This document shows, piece by piece, positions 13,577-24,459 of a stretch of DNA of 64,000 nt. The stretch is from positions 8,990,001 through 9,054,000 of the forward strand of contig JBHGNT010000004.1 in NCBI GenBank assembly GCA_043228905.1, written 5' to 3'. The translations under genes were made by a program, and so were the position numbers. This stretch comes from Azolla caroliniana (lineage: Eukaryota > Plantae > Polypodiophyta). The stretch's first letter is position 1. The number at the start of each line of letters is the position of its first letter. The notes beneath the pieces are model-generated. The model saw only the letters and a list, made by a program, of their open reading frames with translations. It did not search any database and was not told the DNA's origin.

Positions 13577-16065
13577 TGGTTCCGCTACAGGTCAAACTTT
13601 CCGATCCACTGTCTTATATTTAGTATGGACACGAGCAACCATATCCATCCGATTTTGAAATGTTGCAATTCAACATACATATCCGCTGAATTGGCCGGAA
13701 TAAAGAATTACTGACCTTCATTTGAATACAAAGAATTTTCCAACTCTCCAATGGTATCCACAAAGGAAAGTTCCTCCATAATTCTTGACACTTGATCATC
13801 TGGTTCCAGAATCCGATGTTTAAGAAGCATCACCCGAATGTCTTCCACATTTACCTGGCTTTTACAATTTAAATCATCAATAGAAGAAAATGAGATTGCT
13901 CCGGTATAAGAAACATAAACTTTATTATTTCCGGAACAATTATTCTCATACAGGGACTTTTGTTGTCCTAGACTATTATAGCCTTGTTTTATAATAGTCC
14001 TATCTAAAAATCCCGATCAGAGGATACATGTACACTATCCTTGTTTCTTTCATGATTAGGTCGAACTATCTAAAATTGTACTATCCTTCCACCATCCATA
14101 TCTTTGATCCAAGAATAGGCTGATCCATCATCCAATACCTTGGTCTCCATGCGGATAGCAACCATAAAGGGTTGCCCCAATATAACTGGATATGTGGCTG
14201 AATCCTAAATAAAGAAATGTTGAAGCACAGTAACACCACCGATTGACACCTCCACATCTAGGCAAGATCCAGATAACTCCTCTGATGATTTGTTGCTACT
14301 CGAATCCTCCAATGGTGATCAGAAGTCATCGGCCACCCTCCTTGCTTGTAAACATCCAAGGACATGAGGTTTATCTCTGAGCCACTATCAATCAGAGCCA
14401 TGACTGCCTCTGATAAAACACCAAGTCGTACTTTCATTTCTGTAGTTGCCTGAGCCCAGTGATTCCGAGTAAAGTGGCTCCTCGGAATATTATCTTCATG
14501 CTTCAGCACTTGTGTAGATCCTTGTTTCCATCCAGCCTCCTTTGCAGTCATTGTTGTATCAACCGGAATTCGCTTTCTTCGCATCTTCTCCAGTAAATCA
14601 TCTTGAACTTCCTTTTTGGAGACTGCCAACAAGTCTCCTAACAGAACCGAGACATGTTGCTTTAGAACATAATTTTCAATGAAAGAGAAAGCATCTACCT
14701 CTTGTTCCAATTCAGCCCGCATTTGGAATGTTGGAGATGACTTCTTGGATACTTGTACAGGGTTTGGTTCAGCCTTTTGCATGTCCAAATTTTTCTTTTT
14801 GGATGGCGAACGAAAATCAGCCCTCTTTAGAACTCGTTCACAATCCACCTCTTCCTCTCTTCTCCTCTTCTCCTCTACCATCACATCATAATTTGTGGGA
14901 AAAGTTGAATCACTCCAACCAGTCCTTTGACAACCATCTTCAATAAGAACAGTTTGAATAATTGGATCTTGCTTGGGCAATTCAATTAGTCGAATAACAG
15001 CCGAAGTAGAATGGAAAATAGCTTGTGCATGTCAAAGCTCTTCTTCCTCCAAGATCTTTTTCATTCCTCCTTGCCCAAAATTTGTCTTTAGTGGTTGACG
15101 AGTCACGGATGAGTGGATCAACCAATCCTTGTAGAATATGAGGTTCTTCTTCATCACCTCCTAATGCTCTGCACACTCCGATTTTGATGCTCCAATTTGT
15201 CACACCATAAGCATCAAAAATCCCTAGTCGGAAGAGTTGGTTGCACTTGTGGTTGATGTTGCACCTTCGACATGGAAGAAATCTTCCACTCCATGAATTG
15301 CTTCACTAGGTCATCTACGTCACTTGGTTGTGGTTTCTCCATAGATGCCTCAATCCCTCTCCCTGTCTTCAAAGAGGAGGTTGAAGTAGCATTTCCAGGT
15401 CCCTTCGAGCCCAACCATGTTCTTCTTTTCTCATATCAAAGGCAAATGGACCGAATTCGGCTCCAGTCCTCCTCTAAACCTATTTCAGTTTCACCTAATT
15501 CCATAAGTTTTCCTAGCTCTACCCTATCCGCATAGGGGACCGAGCGAAGGAAGAGAACCACCTTCTCTGGTTCAAGCAAAGTTTGCTCCCGAACTGAGAG
15601 TTCTCGAAACTTTGCTTCAAAATCAGTAAGGGTCTCTAGAACTGACCCATGCTTCTTGTCCAACTCCACCCAAGCTTCAAATGTCTGCCGAGTCATCTTG
15701 GTGGAATCAGCATAATTAAAAACACCGAGCAAATCACAACGGAATGCCTCCCATTCAACATCTTGCATTTGAAGCTCTTCTATGATAGGAAGAACATCGG
15801 CAGCTACCAAATGATGGAAGTTGGATTTCTTCAAATCAGCGGGAATATTGCGATGTAACATTTCTGCATCGAACACCTGCAAAAATCGGGTCACATCATT
15901 TCCATTGAATGGACCTAACTTCTCTAATACCCCATCCACAGCTCGATCTAGGTTCAGACTCCTCTCCCTCCCTATGAGAACAGCTTCTAGAATTGATTGA
16001 AGTTGTGCTGCATCCATGTTCGACGACGTAAAATCCCAAAGAACTCACTCTCCTTGCCGGCCGTT

Positions 16066-16083
16066 TTCACATCGGGTTCACCA
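16066..16083 (-). promoter_or_regulatory. PBS complementary to tRNA-Trp (Gypsy 1)
   Basis: TGGTGAACCCGATGTGAA, 2 nt from the LTR; complementary to the plant tRNA-Trp 3' end (...TTCACGTCGGGTTCACCA, recalled) with 1 mismatch. Confidence 0.8.
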
Positions 16084-16085
16084 CA

Positions 16086-16895
16086 TGTCGTGTCGAAGCA
16101 CATCGCGTATAAGAGCTTGGCGTGTCCGGGCGAAACCGCTGGGGTTCTGGACCAGGAGAGTGGAAATAAGAAGATGAAAGAGAAGAGTGGGAAGTCGAGC
16201 CGGAAGTATCTCAATAGTCACGAGTGGTTTGCAGCCCTACCCGTGAAGACCAAAAACCTTATATCGTTCCACCTACATAACCAAATTAAATGTGCAAACA
16301 CATATTGGAAAGCCCTCTAGAAGAGCTTCCTAACGAGCTATAGAATGTCGAAAAATGATGTCAAAATTGAGAGTTATGAAGGAAATACCGTACAATGCTA
16401 CTCCTCAAACGCAGACGAAGAAGAAATGCCAAATAGGAATTTCACTATTTCTTCGAGAGAAAACCCTTTACAAAATAGGACTCTTTGATTGTTCCCCCCC
16501 CCCATGACAATAATCCTCCCCTCTTATACTAAATTGATGTCATTACATGTAGGCCACGTGGCACACACCTAGAGAAGCTTGTGCATGTGCGCGATATAAA
16601 GCATGTGGGCCATGTGGCACACATGTAGAGAAACTTTGCATGTGCGTTATATGGTGCACATGAAATACATTACATGGTTTTGACTACACAACATTTGTTC
16701 CAAAATAATGCAAATAATCCCTAAGAACAATAATACTAAAGCACTTTGAGTCTAGAATGTAAATCAACTCAAATGCGTTGAATCCGGTGGATCTCCAAGG
16801 AGTGTTGGGTCACCGAACCAGGTCGAGATGCGTGGTTGTAGTTGAGGCAAGTGTGGAATCGTGGTGGCACCAATCGATCGTATCCCTTTACGACA
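16086..16895 (-). repeat. 5' LTR of Gypsy 1
   Basis: Paired with 3962-4783; followed by the PBS. Confidence 0.95.
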
Positions 16896-19661
16896 ACGTT
16901 CCCACTCCGATTATGATCTACTGTGACAACATCAATAGCATGAAGTTGGCCAAGAACCTCGTATTCCATGCTCACATGAAGCACATAGAAGTGCATTACC
17001 ACGTCCTGGGCGGTGAAGTCGAACTCCGGTATGTTCGAACCGATCAGTAGGTTTCCGAGATATTCACCAAGGCGCTTGGACTGGACAAGTTGCAACACCT
17101 TTCGGAGATGCTTGGGCTACATCATCTCGACGTGCCACACTTGAGGGGGAGAATAAGTGGGACAGCTAGAACATGTGGGACAACCGGACAGGAGAACAAA
17201 GGTAACGAGCCCGAGAAAGAGACAAACGAAGACAAGAGGAGAGTCGAAGAAGAAGCCGAATCGACTAAAGAAATTGAAACTTCTAGAAGTGCCCAAGGAG
17301 GCAGAAGAGGTGGCAGAGTAACGAAGGGCAGAGCCGACCAAAAGAAGAAGGCCAGGATCAAGACATGGGCAGTTGTGGTCAAAGGCCAGAAGGAAGGTGA
17401 ATTGGAGACAGCCGATTCAGTCAAGAAGTTTGATTTGGAAGATCCGAGTCATATGAAGGCCAAGCGGAGGAGAGGGTAGCCAAAGCCGACATTGAAACTG
17501 AGCAGACGAGTGAAGGGGCACCAATGCCATAACAATGAGGGAGTTGATAAGGGCCTGACGAGAAAACAAACCAACCATAGGGGTCCAGATGCGCAGAATT
17601 GGACGAGTCAAGGAGCGTCGTATCGAAGGAGTTGTGGGATGCGGGACCAGATCGGATGTGGAGCACGAGCTAGGTGAGAAGACGCCAAGAGGAGTCGGTT
17701 GCAAGAACTGGCTGACAGGACGAACCGACCTCAAGTTGAGCCTGAGGGGGAGTGTTGAGGGAACAAGCTCAACATGGGCCGGACCGGCTGAATAAGTCGG
17801 TAGGTCAGACCGGAATCGATCCGGTTGGTTAGGCCCACTTTCTAGACCGGATGCCAGATGAATACCGGATCTGGATGACCAAGTCGGATGTCAGATCCGG
17901 ATGACGGAACTTTGCACGTGCTGATGTGTCCTATTGTAAAGAATCAAGAGATGGATTTTGTGCAGCGGAATATGATTCTATGGCTCATACTAAATGCTAG
18001 AATACAAAGTGGTGACATAATGGTGACTCTTGACAGTTGGCGTGTCTATTCACTCTCAAGATGAGTTCACACACTAGACCAAGTTCAGCTTGATTCTCAA
18101 CACGCCCCCTCAAGCTCAAGTCGGGTCGGTTTCAAACGGTATTCGAAATCTGCTTCAACTCACGTTGACTCGCATTTACGCAGAGTTGCAGAATCCGTGC
18201 TCCAGCTTGCGTTGTGCGTAGTTGCGAAGTCTATGTTTCGGCTTGTGTCTTTCTTTGCGGATTTGCGCGGTAGATTGGCTCTTCGCGGCTTCGTTGCGCA
18301 GTTGCAGAATCCACACGTTATTGCGTAACATCTTCAGTACTCCCCCTCAAGCTTGGCAGGTCAGGGATCATCAATCTGAGATCGGTCATGAATTGTCATA
18401 GCTTGTCGGCTCCTAAGGCTTTAGTGAGGATGTCGGTCGTTTGAAGATTGGTACTAATGTGTTGTAGGTCGACATCGCCAGCTAGAACGCGCTCTCGGAT
18501 GAAGTGATAGTGCACTATGATGTGCTTTGTCCGCGCCCGGAACATTGGGTTCCAAGCCAGATATATACTGCTCATGTTGTCGCAATAAAGGGAAGTCGGA
18601 TCCTGGATAGGTACGCCCAAATCCTTGAGGATCCTTTTGAGCCATACGGCTTCACATGCGGCCACTACCGCACCCCTGTATTCTGCCTCTATGCTCAAAA
18701 GAGCGACAGTTGGTTGCTTTTTGATGCTCTAGGATATTGCTCCACTGCTGAGGGAAAAAATTAAATACGGAGGTTGATCTTCTATCGGCTTTGTAGCCAG
18801 CCCAATCAGCGTTTGTGTACCCCTCGAGTCGTATTGGCATCGCGGTCTTGTAGAGGATGCCACAATCCATTTTGTCGCTCACGTATCGTAGAACTCGCTT
18901 AGTGCAATCCAAGTAAGTATCACGCAGTGTTTGCATGAATTGGCTAAGGAGACCGACCAGATAACTGAGATCGGGCCGTGTGATCGTGAGGTAGATGAGA
19001 CTCTCGATGAGTTGCCGATACTGAGTCGGCTCACACGCTTTGGTTGCCGTTGAGAGATCATGATTCCGGCCGGAGTCCGAATTACCTCGATGTCGAGGAA
19101 GTAGTGGAGCTCCTTCATGTCTGTCATCTCGAACTTGTCAGAAAGGAGGGATTTGACCTTATTGATTTCGATGAGATGCTTACCTCCAATGACTAGGTCA
19201 TCCACATATAAGATGATGATGATCAGACTTGCAGAATCGCTTCGTATGTAGAGGGAGTTGTCCGATTTTGACATACAGAAGCCGATTTGATGAAGATATT
19301 GCATTATCTTTGAATGCCAAGCACGCGGTGCTTGCTTGAGGCCGTAGAGTGGCTTCATGAGTCGGCATACAGCTTTTGGATGGGTGCTCAAGTTGAAGCC
19401 GGGTGGTTGTATCATGTGCACCTCCTCTTCTAATTCGCCTTGTAGAAAGGCGTTCTTGACGTCCATTTCATGGAGGTGCCACCCTTTCGCCGCGGCAAGA
19501 ACAATTACGATCCGTACCGTCGTCATCTTTGCCACCGAGGCAAAGGTCTCTTCGTAGTCAACGCAGTGCATTTTTGCGTAGCCTTTCGCTACAAGTCGCG
19601 CTTTGTAGCGGTTGACAGAACCGCCAACGTTGTACTTCACCTTGTAAATCCATCTGCATCC

Positions 19662-22600
19662 ATTGATCACGGATCGGAGATCAATTTGATGTCCAAGGAT
19701 TTCTACCAGAAGGGGAAGTGGCCTATAAATACTAACCATGGATAGAAGATCTAAACAGCCACTAAAGCAACGGAAGATCTATTTGCAGCTTGTCCGGATG
19801 TGACGGTGAAGATCGGGGATGTCGAGATTGACCAAAATTTCTTCGTACAAGATGAGGTCCCACATTCCGTGATCCCGTCACGGATTTTGATAGCGGTGGA
19901 GACAAAGGTGCTCGATAGCGGTGCGGCTTTCGCACGAATTCGGAGCCAAAGCGGAGGGAAATCCGTCCAATTCCTAACTATGCCAGCAAATCATGAAAGG
20001 AACAAGAGAGAGCTCTTGTCCCAAACAAGGATGGATTTTTAGAGCGGACTGTTGCGGAGTGGGGAAGTGATAGTCCGAGAAGCCCTGATACCCCACACAA
20101 GAAGAAAACTCTCGGAGCAAAACAAGTACTAATCGGTCCGGATGGGGCATCTATGTACACGGCCGTAACCGGAGGAAAGAAGAAAGAATACCGAAAACTA
20201 GAGGACAAGTTGCGGTTGGCATCAATAATAAAAGACGACGAAGAAAGCGTGGGGGTAGTCAAAGAAGTGTTCTATGGGAGCACGCTACAACATCTTGAAG
20301 AGCTTGTGGAGGATAAAAGCCAAGGAGACCGGGTAGTCCCGGTGGAATCGGTCGAGATGTACGAGATCATTGCGAAAATGAGGCCGGATGCGCTCCGCAA
20401 AGAAGAAGCAATGGTAAGTACGAAATACAAGACCGTGGAGAAGAAAGTGAAACCGGTCGCGGGACCGTTACCCACCGATAACGAGCAAAAGAGGAAAGAA
20501 GTCTCGAGAGATCCGACACTTCGGAAGTCTGTGGATATTGGACATGCCTTCACATATGAGTCCCGGAAGAAACTTCGGATCGGTGGAGGTGGTTTCCTTT
20601 TACAAAATGAAGAAGAACGATTCCATGGGATGTTGGAACAACATGGGAAAGCATTTGCATTCACATCAAAGGAGATAGGGTGTGTTGATCCGAAGATAGT
20701 GGAGCCGATGGTAATCTTCACGATTGACCATGTGTTGTGGAACCTGAAACCGATTCCGGTGCCGCGGGCACATATTCCGAAAGTCATCGACTTGCTCGAG
20801 GAGAAGGTGGCGATGGGGATTCTAGAGCCATCAAACGCTCCGTACTCAAATCGATGGTTTACGGTTCCGAAGAAGAATGGGTCACTCCGATTTATCCAAG
20901 ACTTGCAACCGGTGAACAAAGTCACGATCCGGAACTCTGGAGTTGGTCCGATAGTGGACGAATTTGCGGAAACATTTGCCGGTCGTGCGATATACTCCAT
21001 CGGAGACCTATACTCGGGGTATGACCAATTCCAACTAGCCGTGGAGAGCCGAAACATCACTACCATGCAGACACCGATAGGATTAGTCCGAATGTGCACA
21101 CTACCACAAGGAGCGACAAACTCGGTTGCACATATGATGAACACGATGAACAAGGTGCTTCGAGACTGCATTCCGGAGATAACGATGTCGTTCCTAGATT
21201 ACATTCCGATGAAAGGATGCACAGTGGAAGAAAAAGATGAGATTATGGATGATCGGGGATGCCGACAGTTCGTAGTCGACCATATTCGCAATTGCAAGAA
21301 AGTGTTACGAAAGTTAGAAGATGTGCACCTAACACTTTCCGGTGAGAAATTGGCATTTGGACAAGAAGAAATATTGGTAGTCGGACATCTATGTGGGCTC
21401 TACGGCCGAATACCATCACCAACCAAGATCGATGCGATTCAAGCTATGAAAGAAGTATGTGAGTCACAATCCGAAGTCTGAAGGTTTCTTGGAGCTTGTG
21501 CATTTTATCACATATGGATTCCGCACTATGCACATATTGCGGACCCACTCTATCACTTGTTGCGGAAGGGTAAGAAGTTTGAATGGAGACCAGAACATAC
21601 TAAAGCCATGAAGAAGCTTAAGAAAACACTATGGAGGGCGGAATCACTTAAGAACCCGAGCTATGACCGACCGATCATAGTAACGGTTGACACGAGTCAA
21701 ACCGGAATCGGATGGGTCATCAATCAAGCCGACTCGGATGGTTCGCGATATCCGAGCCGATTCGGAGCAAAGGTTCTCAACGAAAGGCAACACGGGTATG
21801 CACAAGTCAAAAGAGAGTTATGGGGAGTCGTGTCGGCAATCAAATTGGATTGAGATTATTTGATCGGAGCCGAAGTAGTGATCGAAACGGATTGTCTTCC
21901 GATACTCGGGATGATGCGGTGTTGCACGATACCGGATGTGGCTATGCTAAGATGGATTGCATATGTTAAGTCGCTTAACCCGGACGTACGACACATCTCA
22001 GGAAAAGACAACGCGGTAGCGGATATGCTATCAAGGGCTCGGTTCGGAGACGACATAGCCGAATCCGATAATGAAGAAGTTTCTGAAGACTACTTTGCTT
22101 CGGAGCACATATGCCGAGTAAACATAATCCGAGAATTCCGAGAAGAAGAGTACGAGGGAGAAAACTTGATGATCGGGAAGGTGCTACAAGAGATTGAGGA
22201 ATCACCGGACGATAAAGAGAAGAGAGCCAAGATCCGAAGGAAGAAGAGGCAAGTCCAAAAGTTCTTCTTGAAAAATGGATTAATATGGAGGGAGCCAAAA
22301 AGACCAGATGGCATACCACTTCGGGTAGTCGGGATGAAAGAGCAACGAAACCGGATAATGTCCGAGTTTCACGAATACGATTGGGCTGGACATCGAGGAA
22401 CATGGGCAACTTTTGTGAAAATCAAACAAAAATATTGGTGGAAGAATATGTACAAAGATATAGCAGAGTTCACGGAAAGCTGCGAGAAGTGTCAAATCTA
22501 CTCCGGAGTTCGACACCGAGATGAGTTACATCCGACATTCTCACCGACAATGAACTTCAAATGGATGATCGACATTGTAGCCATGCCAACCGGGATCGGA

Positions 22601-24459
22601 CAAAAGAAGTACTTGGTGTTAGCTCGGGAAGATCTCACAAACCAAGTAGAAGGTCGAGCGCTACGGAGGAAAACATGTTCTGGGGTATGCCAATTCCTTT
22701 TGGAAGAAGTGTTTTGCAGGTACAGGTGCGTAGGACAAGTGATTGCGGATCAGGGAGAACTCAACTCTGATAAAGCTAGGGAATTCTTCACCAAACATGG
22801 AGTTCTGTTAACACTAACAACGGCATACAATCCAGAGGCCAACGGAAAAATCGAACGAGGACATAGTCCGATTGTCAAAGCACTTGCCAAAGCATGCGAC
22901 GGAAGGGTGAAGGATTGGCCGCAGATGCTCCCGTGTGCACTATGGGCGGATCGGACGACGCATAGCTCCGTAACCAGTTATATGCCGACTGAACTTATGA
23001 CCAGACAAGCACCGGTAATGCCGACGGAAACCGCGATCGCAACATGGACAATGCTACCGTGGAAGGAAGAGATGAGCCGGGAAGAACTACTAGCGGTCCA
23101 GATACGACAACTAGAGGGAAGACCGGAAGACATAGCGGAAGCAACACGCCGACAACAAGAAGCACGATTCAGGAACAAAAGCCGATTCGACACAAAACAT
23201 CGACTACGACCATGGAAGATTGAAGAAGGAGATTGGGTGATTGTCTATGACAATAGTCTGGATCCTCAACATACAACGATACGGAAGTTCGCGAAAAGGA
23301 TGTTTGGGCCATACGAGGTTTAGAAAGTTTTCGACAACGGAACTTACCGACTATGCGAGTTGGATGGGATGATACTATGAGTGCCTATAGCGGGGAAACG
23401 GGTAAAAATCTTCAAGAAGTGGACTGACGACGAACCCTATGTAACCCTAGACAAGACCGACAACGAGGAGCAACCAAACAAAGATCGTGGTGATGCGGAA
23501 AGCGAAGAAAGTAGTCTACAATTGATGGTTGATATAAGGGAGGAATTAGGTAGTGCTACGGATGAAGACGAACAATAGGCATCGGGAACTTCGGCACATA
23601 CCGGAGGATGTGCGGGTTTGGAGGGGGCGAGTGTCGTAGTGTAATTCGCACACTACGTGAAAATTGCATTTTTGTCCCTCCGGATGGAATCGGTAAGGAG
23701 GAACCGGTGAGAACCGGATGAAGGATGGAATCGGTAAGGAGGAACCGGTGAGAACCGGATGAAGGATGGAATCGGCAAGGAGGAATCGGTAAGGAGACCC
23801 GGTAAGAACCGGATCAAGCAGAACCGGCAAGAGCCGGATAAAGAAGGCCGGTGAGAGTCTCTCACCGGATGAAGACACAAATTTGTAAATAAAAGAAAAG
23901 ATTGTTACATGCATAGGGCAAGATTCGAACCTTGTACCTCCCTGTTAACGATTTTTAAGCCTTACCACTATACTAGCATATTATGAAGTTTAAAGTTATG
24001 CTAAATTTTATCCCATGTAAATATTCTAGATATGCATGCTACAAAAAGTTATTCATGCATACACACTCAAGTTAAAAGAAAAGATGGGATAGAAAGCTAA
24101 TCATGCACATGCAGTGTGCATGAAAACTAAAGTTAGGAAAAACATGATCCTTGCATGTGATAAACTTAGACTCTTCCAACACTATATAAGGAAGAGAGAA
24201 AGATGTATAGGGGTTGTTGATTTTTATAAGGTTTGAATAATATAAAATAATCGTGGGATTCACGATTTTACCATCTATTTCTCTCTTACAATCTAAGTAT
24301 CAATTAATACACTATACTCGTGGGATTCACGAGTTTCATGTCTTCTTCTTGCAATCTCTTCCTAACTAACATTATCTCATATTCTTCTTTCTCCTAGTCC
24401 AAAACCCCAGCGGTTCCCACCCGACTCACGCAAACGATCTGGCGCCGAAAGGCACGACA
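19662..24459 (+). mobile_element. Gypsy D, 5'-truncated (protease-RT-RH-INT and 3' LTR), nested in Copia C
   Basis: IDHGSEINLMS protease at the junction; RT 20153-21481; RH/INT 21557-23323; PPT GGAGGGGGCGAG; LTR 23632-24459 (TGTCGTA...CACGACA). Confidence 0.93.
23632..24459 (+). repeat. 3' LTR of Gypsy D, containing a 41-bp tandem repeat (23682-~23830) and a tRNA-like segment
   Basis: TG...CA termini; TATA (ctatataag, ~24182); unit GGATGGAATCGGTAAGGAGGAACCGGTGAGAACCGGATGAA repeated 2-3 times. Confidence 0.88.

Larger units (their letters stand above)
3962..16895 (-). mobile_element. Ty3/Gypsy LTR retrotransposon 1 (non-chromovirus-like), full length, degenerate, with 4-bp TSD ACGT
   Basis: LTRs 16086-16895 and 3962-4783 (TGTCGT...ACGACA). 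PBS 16066-16083. PPT 4784-4796. gag 15436-16017, protease ALIDSGSEIN 14258-14980, RT (LPQG, FLDD) 12245-13576, integrase 10470-11650. ACGT at 3958-3961 and 16896-16899; removing the element restores the host frame QGNVPTP. Confidence 0.95.

Noticed and set aside
15210-15225. Second GGGATTTTT slippery site at the end of Gypsy 1 gag
   Set aside because: The following TGA is probably a decayed CGA. The CLWCD knuckle continues in the same frame and there is no obvious downstream stem.
20272-21171. 299-aa antisense ORF
   Set aside because: It is the shadow of the Gypsy D RT frame and has no recognisable motifs.
23910-23980. Functional tRNA gene
   Set aside because: The acceptor and anticodon stems do not form; kept only as a tRNA-derived promoter-like segment.
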